Shown here: in pieces, positions 39,987-50,668 of the stretch
Layout of the letters: the number at the start of each line of letters is the position of its first letter
How positions within the stretch are numbered: the stretch's first letter is position 1
NCBI GenBank assembly: GCA_964248365.1
Contig: CAXTYC010000002.1
Location: 1-64,000 of the forward strand
Origin: an uncultured Chroococcidiopsis sp.
GTDB lineage: Bacteria; Cyanobacteriota; Cyanobacteriia; Cyanobacteriales; Chroococcidiopsidaceae
Direction: 5' to 3'
DNA length: 64,000 bases
The notes under the pieces: model-generated
Database searches by the model: none
What the model was told of the DNA's origin: nothing
What the model saw: only the letters and a program-made list of their open reading frames with translations
Program-made: the position numbers and the translations under genes

Positions 39987-40110
39987 TCAAACCTAGCCAA
40001 AAAGGTAAAAATTAACAATAGTAAATCTGCTCAAAACAGAGGCTGAACTAAGAAACGCTAATTAATGTTAAGGTGGAAGTGAAGCCGAACGGGAGCAGAA
40101 AATTAGCAAA

Positions 40111-42915
40111 GTGGCAGTTGGGCAAGAAGAGTTATTAACAGCCAAGATCCAAAAACCAGCTCGTTACTTAGGTAACGAGTTAGGATCTGTACATAAAACA
40201 TGGGACACGGCAAACGTGCGTTGGGTATTAACTTACCCAGAAGTTTATGAAGTGGGTGCATCTAACTTAGGGCATATTATTCTCTACAACATACTGAATG
40301 CCCAACCACGCTCCTTGTGCGATCGCGCCTACTTACCAGCACCAGATCTAGCAGCGCTCTTAAGGGAAACAAACACTCCCTTGTTTGCCGTCGAGTCGAG
40401 AAAGTCGCTCTCCAAATTTGATATTTTGGGCTTCAGCCTCAGCTATGAATTAGGAGCAACCAACATTTTGGAGATGTTGGATTTGGCAGGAATTCCTCTC
40501 ACATGGCGCGATCGCCAAAACAGTAGGGGCGGATTAACTAAAGATACCCTGTGCGACACAAACAATTCTGAAAAACCCGCCCCTACCTCATACCCCCTGA
40601 TTTTCGCAGGTGGACAAACAGCCACCTCCAACCCAGAACCCTACGCCGACTTCTTTGACTTTATTGCGCTGGGGGATGGCGAGGAACTGTTACCAGAAAT
40701 TGGTTTGGTACTCGAAGAAGGCAAAGCAGCCTGTTTGAGTCGAGAACAACTGTTGCTCGATTTAGCACAGATACCAGGCGTTTACGTACCGCAGTTTTAT
40801 GACATGGCGCGAGATGGATCGGTACATCCAAATCGTCCCGATGTGCCAGAACGTATTATTAGACGTGTTGCCACTCCCATACCAGCTTACTCAATTGGTT
40901 TGGTTCCCTACGTCGAGACAGTACACGATCGCCTGACCATTGAAATCAGACGCGGCTGCACCAGAGGCTGTCGCTTCTGCCAACCTGGTATGCTAACTCG
41001 TCCAGCACGAGATGTAGAACCAGAAAAAGTGGTTGAAGCAATCGAGCAGGGAATGCGGGTAACTGGCTACAATGAGTTTTCGCTATTATCCCTGAGTTGT
41101 TCTGATTATCTATCCCTCCCATCTGTGGGAATGGAAATTAAAAATCGTCTTAAGAACGAAAATATTTCCCTATCCCTACCTAGTCAACGTGTAGACCGAT
41201 TTGATGAAAATATCGCCAACATTTTGGGAGGAAATCGCCAAAGTGGGCTAACCTTCGCCCCAGAAGCGGGAACCCAGCGAATGCGCGACATCGTGAATAA
41301 GGGGTTGACGAATGAAGAACTGCTGCGGGGTGTGAAAACTGCTTGGGAGCAGGGTTGGGATAAGATCAAGCTTTATTTCATGATCGGCTTACCTGGGGAA
41401 ACCGACGCGGATGTATTGGGAATTGTTCAAACAGTCAGTTGGCTGCAACGGGAGTGTCGGGCAAATGGTAGAAAGCGGCTGAGTTTTAATTTGACAATTT
41501 CTAACTTTACGCCCAAGCCACATACGCCGTTTCAATGGCATAGTGTTTCAACATCCGAGTTTGAGCGCAAGCAAGAGTTATTACAGCAAGAATTCCGCCG
41601 CATGAAAGGAGTGAAGGTAAACTTTACCGACGTGCGGCTTTGTGCAATGGAAGATTTTATCGGACGAGGCGATCGCCGTCTAGCTTCTGTAGTACGACGC
41701 GCTTGGGAATTGGGCGCGGGTATGGATTCGTGGTATGACAATGTAGAACGTGCTTTTAAAGCTTGGGGAGATGCGATCGCTTCTTCTGGTTTGACTTGGA
41801 AATACCGCCAAATCGAAAACGGCGAATGGAACCTCTTTTTAGAGCAGGGGAGCAAGGGAGCAGAGGGGCAGAGGGGACAACCCGACAACCCGACAACCCG
41901 ACAAGGGGAAACTACATCAATTCTCCCCCCCTCCTCTTCTAGCCCCCAGCCCCTAGCCTCTAGCCCCTCACTTGATGCGCCATTGCCTTGGGATCATATA
42001 GATACTGGAATTGATAAAAAGTGGCTAAAAGCAGATCTAGAAAGAGCTTTAGCAGCAGCGATAGTGCCAGATTGCTCTTTTGATGGTTGTTCTCACTGTG
42101 GTGTCTGCGGCGTGGACTTTGGTCATAACGTCGTGATTTCTCCGCCTGCAATTCCTCAGTTTGCTGGACAGTTTGTCCCCAACAACACAAAAGTTCAAAG
42201 ATTGCGAGTTTGGTTTGGTAAGCTTGGTGATATGGCTCTAATTAGCCATCTCGATTTACTGCGCCTATTTGAGCGTGCTGTACGCCGTGCAGCATTGCCG
42301 ATTTCTTTTACAAACGGATTCCACCCCAGCCCCCGCATTTCTATCGCTCAAGCGCTACCACTAGGAGTTACTAGTAGCGGTGAAATCGTGGATTTTGAGC
42401 TAACACAAATCGTTGAACCGGAGGCTTTCAAAACAAAGCTAAGCAGTCAGCTACCCGCAGAGCTACCAATAACCCGTGTTGAGCCAATTGAATTAAAAGA
42501 TCCCTCTGCTACACAGATATTGTCCGGCGCTGAATATCTAATTACTGTAGCAACCGATGCTGGGATAAATTTGGAGCAATGGCAGGAATGGGTAGAAAAA
42601 ATAAAGGGTTTGGATACATTTTGGTGGGAGCAGACAACCAAATCAGGCAAGAAGCAAACAGTGAATTTGCGCGATCGCTTGAAAGAGCTAGAAGTAATTG
42701 AACCGCATAGCCTGGGGTTTAAACCCCAGGGAAACAGAGAACACACAGGAGAACAGGAAGATTCTTCAGTTGTTCTACGTATTCTTGGCAGTTGTCAGCA
42801 GGATGGAAATAAACTGCGACCAGAACACGTAATATTTATGTTAGAGCAAGTCGCCCAGCTAGAATTTCAACTAGGACCTATCCACCGCCTGCGGCTCATA
42901 CTAGATACTAACTAG
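40111..42915 (+). CDS. TIGR03960-type B12-binding radical SAM protein with C-terminal DUF2344-like domain
   Basis: KPARYLGNE, YPEVYEVGASNLG, RGCTRGCRFCQ, ISHLDLLRLFERAVRRA. Confidence 0.9.
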   Translation: MAVGQEELLTAKIQKPARYLGNELGSVHKTWDTANVRWVLTYPEVYEVGASNLGHIILYNILNAQPRSLCDRAYLPAPDLAALLRETNTPLFAVESRKSLSKFDILGFSLSYELGATNILEMLDLAGIPLTWRDRQNSRGGLTKDTLCDTNNSEKPAPTSYPLIFAGGQTATSNPEPYADFFDFIALGDGEELLPEIGLVLEEGKAACLSREQLLLDLAQIPGVYVPQFYDMARDGSVHPNRPDVPERIIRRVATPIPAYSIGLVPYVETVHDRLTIEIRRGCTRGCRFCQPGMLTRPARDVEPEKVVEAIEQGMRVTGYNEFSLLSLSCSDYLSLPSVGMEIKNRLKNENISLSLPSQRVDRFDENIANILGGNRQSGLTFAPEAGTQRMRDIVNKGLTNEELLRGVKTAWEQGWDKIKLYFMIGLPGETDADVLGIVQTVSWLQRECRANGRKRLSFNLTISNFTPKPHTPFQWHSVSTSEFERKQELLQQEFRRMKGVKVNFTDVRLCAMEDFIGRGDRRLASVVRRAWELGAGMDSWYDNVERAFKAWGDAIASSGLTWKYRQIENGEWNLFLEQGSKGAEGQRGQPDNPTTRQGETTSILPPSSSSPQPLASSPSLDAPLPWDHIDTGIDKKWLKADLERALAAAIVPDCSFDGCSHCGVCGVDFGHNVVISPPAIPQFAGQFVPNNTKVQRLRVWFGKLGDMALISHLDLLRLFERAVRRAALPISFTNGFHPSPRISIAQALPLGVTSSGEIVDFELTQIVEPEAFKTKLSSQLPAELPITRVEPIELKDPSATQILSGAEYLITVATDAGINLEQWQEWVEKIKGLDTFWWEQTTKSGKKQTVNLRDRLKELEVIEPHSLGFKPQGNREHTGEQEDSSVVLRILGSCQQDGNKLRPEHVIFMLEQVAQLEFQLGPIHRLRLILDTN

Positions 42916-43013
42916 AAAAGGACAACCCAGCAACCTGACAACCCGACAAGGGGAATTAAATATTCCGACTTCTGTCTCCTGTCTTCTGTCTCCTGTCTTC
43001 TGTCTTCTCTTGA

Positions 43014-43512
43014 TTGCTTTTTCTCAAGCTTGAGTTAAAATTAAGTCAAGAGAAATTTTCTAGCGCTGCATTGGTTACTCTGCGTCACTTCCCTGGTTAT
43101 CAGGATTTAAGCGAAGATAATTGAAGAGCGGTTTCGACGATTCTTTTGCATAGAAGCAAAAGGCTGATTGATAACTCTCTTTTCGGTTGCGATAGAGTAG
43201 TTGTTGTAACTAATAGTAGGCGCAACAGGCTTTTCTAGGTGTCTGTTATTGAAGATGGCGCTTTTGCCTGATCCAAAGGACAGGATACAAAAGAGCGAAA
43301 ACCTACCACAATTGCTTAATTCAGGAGCCTACTACTATATATATGCGGCAGTTCTGAAATCATATTCTTCCAAACTGTGAGCATAAATAGCTTTTCGCTC
43401 TTGAGCAAGGGGAAGCGCAATCTTTATTATCAAGCAGCGCCTACCTACGGCTAATTAAAGCGAGAGAAACTTCCTCAAAGCTTTTGAAGCTGCAAATTTT
43501 TGAGGGAATTGA
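43014..43512 (+). promoter_or_regulatory. Candidate rne promoter and long 5' leader
   Basis: TTGCTT (43014) - 16 nt - TAAAAT (43036), then ~465 nt with no long ORF before the rne start. Confidence 0.5.
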
Positions 43513-45672
43513 ATGCCAAAACAAATCATTATAGCAGAGCAGCATCACATTGCTGCTGTTTTTTCAGAAGATCAAATTCAAGAACTCGTAGTTGCCACAG
43601 GGCGACACCAAATCGGCGATATTTACCTGGGTGTAGTTGAAAATGTCCTGCCAGGAATAGACGCTGCTTTTGTCAATATTGGCGATCCAGAGCGCAATGG
43701 TTTTATTCATGTGACTGATTTGGGACCATTGAAGCTAAAGCGCACTGCTGGGGCAATTACAGAACTTTTAGCGCCACAGCAGAAAGTGCTGGTGCAAGTG
43801 ATGAAAGAGCCTACGGGAAATAAAGGACCCAGGCTCACAGGTAACATTACCTTGCCCAGTCGCTATGTAGTGCTGATGCCCTATGGACGGGGTGTAAATT
43901 TATCGCAGCGAATCAAGAATGAAAACGAACGCAACCGCTTACGAGCTTTGGCGATTCTAATTAAACCCGCAGGCATGGGTTTGCTAATTCGTACCGAAGC
44001 AGAAGGCAAGCCAGAAGATGCAATCATCGAAGATTTAGAGGCGATCCAGAAACAATGGGAGGCAATTCAACAAGAAGCTCAATCTAGGCGACCACCCGCT
44101 TTGCTTAACCGTGATGATGATTTCATCCAGCGAGTACTGCGGGATATGTACGGCTCAGATGTGAACCGGATTGTGGTTGATTCCAGTACGGGACTCAGAC
44201 GAGTGAAGCAGTATTTGATGAACTGGAGTGGAGGGCTTTCGCCGCAGGGATTGCTAATTGATCATCACCGCGATCGCATCTCCATTTTGGAATATTTTCG
44301 CATCAATGCAGCAATTCGGGAAGCGCTCAAGCCACGAGTTGATTTACCTTCTGGCGGCTATGTCATCATTGAACCGACTGAAGCCTTAACGGTCGTAGAC
44401 GTTAACTCTGGCTCGTTTACCCGTTCTGCTACTGCCAGAGAAACGGTTTTGTGGACAAATTGCGAGGCAGCTACAGAAATTGCCCGACAACTGCGCTTGC
44501 GTAATCTTGCAGGCGTGATCATCGTAGATTTCATTGATATGGAATCGCGCAAAGATCAGCTACAGGTGCTAGAACACTTCAACAAAGCCCTGAGAGCAGA
44601 TAAAGCTAGACCGCAAATCGCTCAACTGTCTGAACTGGGTTTGGTAGAACTAACTCGCAAGCGTCAAGGTCAAAACATTTATGAGTTGTTTGGTCGTACC
44701 TGCCCCACCTGTGGCGGACTAGGGCATATAGTACATCTGCCTGGGGAACCAGAAGAGCGCGAGCGCGATCGCCTGGAAATGCCATCACGAGAAACCGAAT
44801 GGTCTGTAGCACCACCTACCAGGGAATCCCCCCGCGTAATTCCATCTAATCGATTTGCCGAACCGCGAGAAACGTATTCGGGACTAGCCGAGGCTTTCAA
44901 TCCTGACTTAGATAGCGATCAGCAAGACCTAAATCTCTTAAATCACCCTAGCTATCAAGAGCTTGGGGATGCAAATAATAATCGTCGTCGTCGCCGTCGC
45001 CGTTTGTCCATGGGTGAGCCTACCCCAAGAGAAGATCGGATGCCTTCTACTCCAATGGCTTTGCTGAATGAACAACAGACGGATCTAGATGCGGAAACAG
45101 AACTACCGACAACTTCAGAAGTGTCGTTTTCAGCAAATAGTAAGGCTGGTTGGATAGAAAAACCTGAGCGGGCTAAACCGATTAAACCAGAGCCAGTCAA
45201 ACCTGTTATAGATCCACCCCAAACCGTTTATGTAGAAATGACACCGGAGGAACAGGAAGTTTACGCTTTGATGGGAGTTTCTCCCTTGGTGCGATCGAAC
45301 CAAGAAGTCAAAAATCCCAAGTCTGTGATTGTTCATGTGACTTTGCCTGGGCAAATTCCAGATACCAGCACTGTTAATGAAAGCATGACACCTGCGCCAT
45401 CAACCATAGAATCGCCTGTGCCATCAATCATAGAATCGCCTGTGCCATCAATCATAGAATCGCCTGTGCCATCAACTACAGAATTAACTGCCCCCCAAGC
45501 CGACAACAGCACGGTTGTGCCAGATGAGCAAGTTGAACTCCCAGACACTCCTAGCGCTGACATATCGCCTGTTAGTACTACTGATAATGAGAGTGAAGCT
45601 GATAACAAGGTGACAGTAAATCGTCGCCGTCGTCGTCGCTCTTCTGCTACTGAAAATAGCCCTGAAGAGTGA
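43513..45672 (+). CDS. rne: Ribonuclease E
   Basis: GDIYLGVVENVLPGIDAAFVNIG, KGPRLT, VDVNSG, IIVDFIDM, CPTCGG; poly-Arg microdomains in the C-terminal half. Confidence 0.96.
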   Translation: MPKQIIIAEQHHIAAVFSEDQIQELVVATGRHQIGDIYLGVVENVLPGIDAAFVNIGDPERNGFIHVTDLGPLKLKRTAGAITELLAPQQKVLVQVMKEPTGNKGPRLTGNITLPSRYVVLMPYGRGVNLSQRIKNENERNRLRALAILIKPAGMGLLIRTEAEGKPEDAIIEDLEAIQKQWEAIQQEAQSRRPPALLNRDDDFIQRVLRDMYGSDVNRIVVDSSTGLRRVKQYLMNWSGGLSPQGLLIDHHRDRISILEYFRINAAIREALKPRVDLPSGGYVIIEPTEALTVVDVNSGSFTRSATARETVLWTNCEAATEIARQLRLRNLAGVIIVDFIDMESRKDQLQVLEHFNKALRADKARPQIAQLSELGLVELTRKRQGQNIYELFGRTCPTCGGLGHIVHLPGEPEERERDRLEMPSRETEWSVAPPTRESPRVIPSNRFAEPRETYSGLAEAFNPDLDSDQQDLNLLNHPSYQELGDANNNRRRRRRRLSMGEPTPREDRMPSTPMALLNEQQTDLDAETELPTTSEVSFSANSKAGWIEKPERAKPIKPEPVKPVIDPPQTVYVEMTPEEQEVYALMGVSPLVRSNQEVKNPKSVIVHVTLPGQIPDTSTVNESMTPAPSTIESPVPSIIESPVPSIIESPVPSTTELTAPQADNSTVVPDEQVELPDTPSADISPVSTTDNESEADNKVTVNRRRRRRSSATENSPEE
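45391..45486 (+). repeat. In-frame 24-bp tandem repeat (~4 copies) in rne
   Basis: CCTGTGCCATCAATCATAGAATCG units encoding PAPSTIES / PVPSIIES / PVPSIIES / PVPSTTEL. Confidence 0.85.
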
Positions 45673-45675
45673 ATC

Positions 45676-45741
45676 AATTTTGGATTTTGGATTTTAGATT
45701 TTGGATTAGAATCTAGAATCTAAAATCTAAAATCTAAAATC
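45676..45741. repeat. Inverted heptamer tandem repeats (STRR-type) between rne and rnhB
   Basis: (TTTTGGA/TTTTAGA)n followed by (TCTAAAA)n. Confidence 0.7.
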
Positions 45742-45758
45742 GACCTCCCCTCTCAAGG

Positions 45759-46394
45759 TTGGTTATGAAAACTGAGTACATAAGCTTAGATTTTGATACA
45801 GCACTCAACGCTGAGCAGTCGCTTCTGATTGCTGGGGTGGATGAAGTAGGGCGAGGATCTTTGTTTGGTCCTGTGGTAGCAGCAGCAGTAATTTTACCGC
45901 CTTCTGCTTTGCCGGAACTAGTGGCAGCGCAAATCCGAGACAGTAAAAAATTGTCCCCCCCTCGCCGTCTCAAGCTGGCTGCTAAAATTTCTCAAGTAGC
46001 TTTGGATTGGAAAATTGGTTTTGCTTCTACTGCCGAAATTGACCAGATGAATATTTTACAGGCATCGCTTTTGGCAATGAAGCGGGCTGTGCTTAAACTC
46101 AAGGTTCAGCCAGGATTATGCTTGATTGATGGCAATCAACCGCTAAAAGACTTGTCAATACCGCAACAAACATTGGTGAGGGGAGACTCGCTATCGCTGT
46201 GTATCGCCTGTGCTAGCATTGTCGCCAAAGTCTGGCGCGATCAGCTGATCGTTCGCTTTGCTGCCAAGTACCCTATGTATGACTTAGTTGCTAACAAGGG
46301 TTATGGAACCCAAAAACATCTCCAAGCGTTACAAGAGTATGGTCCCTCACCTTTACATCGGCTGTCTTTTCGTCCTTGCCAAACCAGGGGCTAG
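45759..46394 (+). CDS. rnhB: Ribonuclease HII
   Basis: IAGVDEVGRG, DSKKL, LIDG, ASIVAKVWRD, NKGYGT, HRLSF. Confidence 0.95.
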   Translation: MVMKTEYISLDFDTALNAEQSLLIAGVDEVGRGSLFGPVVAAAVILPPSALPELVAAQIRDSKKLSPPRRLKLAAKISQVALDWKIGFASTAEIDQMNILQASLLAMKRAVLKLKVQPGLCLIDGNQPLKDLSIPQQTLVRGDSLSLCIACASIVAKVWRDQLIVRFAAKYPMYDLVANKGYGTQKHLQALQEYGPSPLHRLSFRPCQTRG

Positions 46395-46527
46395 GGAAAC
46401 AATTAGCGATTAGGTTTTAGCGAGTAGCAACTGATGACACACTATCTATTAAAGATTTCAAAAGCTAGAAACAAAGAAGATCTACTAACAGCTAAAAGCT
46501 AACAGCTAACAGCTAAGAGCTTATTGA

Positions 46528-47115
46528 TTAGCCGATTGGGCTATTAGAGGGTAATACGGTCGCCTGCTCAGAGCTTGTCACCCCAGCACTGTCATTAACC
46601 CAGTTGCTATAATCGGCTAAAAGTTGTTGTAGCAATCTTTGCTTGATTGTTAATAGAACACTTTTGAGTAAACCGTTACCTGTAGCTTCCACAATTGGCT
46701 TGGGGGTTAGCGAAAACGGGAGGGGCAGTTCAACTTGTACTTGTAAGTTAGCTATACCCTTGAGGATTGTGCCGCCGTTACTTTGGCAAGGAGACAAATG
46801 CCCTTGAAGATTTAGAGCAAAGCGCTCGTTTATATATTCAACACCTAGGATTTCACAAGCGAGCGATCGCAAATGAACTGTGCCATTCGGTTCTGCCCAC
46901 ACTTTCAAATCGGCAGTTGGTTGAATGCTCAGTGTCATAAACACCAGTGGGCGTATTTTCAACCGAAAAACTTCCTCATCCAGCTGCTCAATTCGACTGG
47001 GATCAACCAAAGCTTTTACCAAGCGTTGAGGCTGGCGCAGGTAATGCTGTATGGGAACAGGTTGCTCTGGTACAGCAATTTCAACCGATTGGGAGGCAGC
47101 AAACCGAGTATGCAT
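46528..47115 (-). CDS. DUF1997 domain protein
   Basis: IQHYLRQPQRLV, GNGLLKSVLLTIKQRL. Confidence 0.82.
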   Translation of the reverse strand: MHTRFAASQSVEIAVPEQPVPIQHYLRQPQRLVKALVDPSRIEQLDEEVFRLKIRPLVFMTLSIQPTADLKVWAEPNGTVHLRSLACEILGVEYINERFALNLQGHLSPCQSNGGTILKGIANLQVQVELPLPFSLTPKPIVEATGNGLLKSVLLTIKQRLLQQLLADYSNWVNDSAGVTSSEQATVLPSNSPIG

Positions 47116-47369
47116 TGTTGGGTAAATATACCTATTTACTATTTGTTATTTTTATTAATCAGTTGCTTTATGGGACTTGCAAACAAGCACCAAATGCTTA
47201 GTAAATATTAAGCACTTTTCACAACTGTAAATAACTATAAACTATTGTGAAAAATTCTGCCTCCTACTATCGCCAGAGAGTCAGAAAAACTGAAATTTAA
47301 ATGAAAGCTTTGAGCGATTAGCGATTAGGTGTTAGCGATTAGCAGTCATTGGTCATTGGTAAAGGACAA

Positions 47370-48702
47370 ATGACAAAGAACAAACAAAAGACTTGGTGCA
47401 TCTATTTGCTGTGCTTGGGAATGGCGATCGCCTTCTTAGTCAGTCCGCCCCAGTATCTAACAACTAGGTCTTTTCCCCCACCAACAACCGAGTTACGGGG
47501 TGTTTGGCTAACTAACTTTGGTGGTGCAGCTCTATTTTTCCCCCAAGGTGTCAACCGAGTCATGTACCAACTTAGGCAACTGAACTTTAACACCGTATAT
47601 CCGGTAGTTTGGAACCGAAGCAACACTTTTTACCCTAGTGCTGTGGCAAAAAGAGAAGTTGGTCAATCTCAAGCAACCCTGCAAGCAATAGTAATGCTAG
47701 GACGGAACGTGCTAGCCCAGATAGTCAAGCAGGGACATCGAGAGGGTTTACGGGTAATACGCTGGTTTGAGTATGGCTTTATGACACCATGCAATTCCCA
47801 ACTGGCAAAGCCTCACCCAGATTGGCTTACACAGCGTCAAAACGGTAATAAGCTTTTGAAGGATGATTTGCATCAACAGGACGATCGCAATGCCAATGCT
47901 AAAAGGCAATATCCACGTAACAAAGCTGTAATTAAACAGGTGTAGCTTAACCCTCTCCACCCAGCAGTACAGCAGTTTATTCTTGATTTACTTGTTGAAG
48001 TTGTGACAAAATATGATCTAGCTGGTATTCAATTAGACGATCACTTCGGTTTGCCAGTTGAATTCGGATGTGATCGCTTCACACTAAAGCTGTACCAGCA
48101 AGAACACCAGGGCAGAAAACCCCCCTAATAACTATCTAGATCCTGAGTGGATGCGGTGGCGAGCTAATAAAATTAGTGATTTTATGCAGCGAGTATTTCA
48201 GGCTGTTAAATCTGTTAAACCAGATTGCCTAATTAGCTTGTCTCCTAATCCTCAGTATTTTGCTTACAGCGCTTATTTGCAAGATTGGCTGACTTGGGTG
48301 CAGCGGGGTTTGGTCGATGAGTTGATATGCCAGGTGTAGCGAAATGATTTGAAAACATTTCAAGCTGAACTAGCACAGCCAGCGCTTCAGATAGCTCGGC
48401 GGCGAATTCCAGTGAGTATAGGGATATTAACCGGATCTTGGAGACAACCGATTGCGAGTTCACAAATTCAGCAGCAGCTGCAAACCGCACGAGAACAAGG
48501 TTTTGCTGGGGTATCCTTTTTTTACTGGGAGACTTTATGGGGTTACATCACGTCCGAATCTCCACAGTCACGCCGCAACGCCTTTCAATCACTTTTTAAG
48601 AGAGAGGCTAGAAGAGAGATGGGGGAGCTGGGGAGGCTGGGGAGGCTGGGGGAGAAAAACTACCAACTACCGTACGCGCGGGTTTATCAGACATACTTGT
48701 GA
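47370..48702 (+). pseudogene. Glycoside hydrolase family 10-like (GHL10/DUF187) pseudogene
   Basis: ELRGVWLTN, FNTVYPVVWN, LNPLHPAVQ, GIQLDDHFG, LQDW, GVSFFYWE; TAG at 47943, frameshift at the A/C run ~48116-48125, TAG at 48337. Confidence 0.85.
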
Positions 48703-48903
48703 ACCTCCAGATACTCGTTAGTAGGTTTAGCTATGACATGGATGATAGTAGCTGCGATGACAGGAATTAGCCTAATTTGGTTGCTGCGCGATGTTGATAC
48801 TCAAGACGCAAATAAAGCTAAAAGTAGAATTTAAATATCCTTTCTCGTAAATATTACAACACACAAAATAAGTGTTTTAACAGTGCAGTATATGATAAGG
48901 AAT

Positions 48904-49035
48904 TTAGATGGCGTTGCACAATATAAAAAATAATCTTCTTTGTTTTCCTTAGCGCCTACTCTACGAGAAGCTCCGCTTTGCGTCTTTGCGTCTTTGCGTG
49001 ACACTATCATACAGATTTTATGCAACGCCATTTAA
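48904..49035. mobile_element. MITE-like element with 15-bp terminal inverted repeats
   Basis: TTAGATGGCGTTGCA ... TGCAACGCCATTTAA (14/15); internal CTTTGCGT octamer repeats. Confidence 0.65.
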
Positions 49036-49059
49036 TCGGCAAATAAAGAACGAAAAGTC

Positions 49060-49923
49060 ATGACTGTAACCATTGCCCATTTAGGACCTGTTGGCACGTA
49101 TACAGAACAAGCTGCTTTAGCTTATGCCAACTCGGTACAACAAGAAACAGGACAGGAAGCCATCTTAAGTCCATGTTCGAGCATTGCTCAGACTCTTAAG
49201 GCTGTCGCACAAGGGACGGCACAGCAAGCTGTCGTGCCAGTAGAGAATTCTATTGAAGGGAGTGTTGCTGTTACTTTAGACTTACTGTGGCAGTTAGATA
49301 GTTTGAAAATTCAACTGGCTCTTGTTTTGCCCATTGCTCATGCGCTATTGTCCCATGCTCAGAGCTTGTCAGCTATCCAAACTGTTTATTCTCACCCGCA
49401 GGCTTTGGCACAGTGTCAGTTATGGTTAGAGCAGTTTCTGCCGCACGTACAATTAATTCCTACTAATTCGACCACCCAAGCACTAGAGTATTTGGAAAAA
49501 GACGCAAAAACTGGTGCGATTTCTTCTTTACGTGCAGCAGGGCTTTACAACTTACCTATTCTCGCCAGTGGAATTAATGACTATCCCGACAACTGTACAC
49601 GGTTTTGGGTAGTAAGTCGGGAGCAGTCCCCATCTGTTGGCACTCACACTTCGCTTGCTTTCAGTTTACGGGCAAACCTCCCAGGAGCGCTGGTAAAACC
49701 ACTCCAAGTGTTTGCCCAAAGAGATATTAACCTGAGTCGAATTGAATCACGCCCCACCAAGCGATCGCTCGGTGAATATCTGTTCTTCATCGACTTAGAA
49801 GCCGACACCAACTCTCCCCCTGTGCAATCAGCCTTAGCAGAATTAATTACCTATACTGAAATCTTAAAAAATTTTGGCAGTTACAACATTATAGGGGTTA
49901 GGGGCGCTGGGGCTAGAGACTAG
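49060..49923 (+). CDS. pheA: Prephenate dehydratase
   Basis: LGPVGTYTE, VPVENSIEGSV, SHPQALAQC, NCTRF, NLSRIESRP. Confidence 0.95.
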   Translation: MTVTIAHLGPVGTYTEQAALAYANSVQQETGQEAILSPCSSIAQTLKAVAQGTAQQAVVPVENSIEGSVAVTLDLLWQLDSLKIQLALVLPIAHALLSHAQSLSAIQTVYSHPQALAQCQLWLEQFLPHVQLIPTNSTTQALEYLEKDAKTGAISSLRAAGLYNLPILASGINDYPDNCTRFWVVSREQSPSVGTHTSLAFSLRANLPGALVKPLQVFAQRDINLSRIESRPTKRSLGEYLFFIDLEADTNSPPVQSALAELITYTEILKNFGSYNIIGVRGAGARD

Positions 49924-50026
49924 GGTTTCCACTCGTAGTCTTCGCACTTGGATTCAAAATCTTTGCTTTCTACTAAAAGCTTTCAGGCTAGTTCTCCAGC
50001 CCCAGCGCCCCAGCGCCCCAGCGCCC

Positions 50027-50668
50027 CTAATTTAAGGTATCTTTCAGTACAGTACGAGCTGCCAAGTGATTGCGGGTAGAAGTAAGGATTTCTGCTTCCC
50101 GTTCTAGACGAGCGGCAGTATCCTGCATTTCTAGCAATGTTTGTTGTTCTGCTGCTACACCATAAAGGTTACTTGCCACCCAGTAAGACAGTTCTCTAGG
50201 TAAATCTGGGATATTTTCTGGCAATTCAATGTTTTGTTCAGTTAACTTGGCTGAAAGACGCACTACGTCTCGCAGCAGTTGTTCTACTTCTTTTGCCAAA
50301 GCTTTCAAATCTTTTTGTGGCGGTTGGTCTTCAATCCATTCGACCAAACCAACCTTATAAGGCTTTTCACGCACATATTCTAATACGCGAAATCGCTGCT
50401 GCCCCAAGGTTAAGACCTTCATGCGGTCATCTGGTAAGCGCTGATATTGAATAATTTCAGCGCAGCATCCTACTTTAGCTGGTTGACCTTGTACTGGGTC
50501 CCAAAGCAACACCCCAAAGCGGCGATCGCTTTCCAGAATCGTGTTCATCATAATTCGGTAGCGAAACTCAAAAATGTGCAGAGGTAGGGGTCGATTGGGA
50601 AAAAGAACTACCTCTGGCAACGGGAACAGCGGGAGTTCTCGCACTGCTATTTGGGAAGAAGATGTCAT
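50027..50668 (-). CDS. LON peptidase substrate-binding domain protein
   Basis: LPLFPLPEVVLFP...LPLHIFEFRYR, GQQRFRV. Confidence 0.9.
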   Translation of the reverse strand: MTSSSQIAVRELPLFPLPEVVLFPNRPLPLHIFEFRYRIMMNTILESDRRFGVLLWDPVQGQPAKVGCCAEIIQYQRLPDDRMKVLTLGQQRFRVLEYVREKPYKVGLVEWIEDQPPQKDLKALAKEVEQLLRDVVRLSAKLTEQNIELPENIPDLPRELSYWVASNLYGVAAEQQTLLEMQDTAARLEREAEILTSTRNHLAARTVLKDTLN

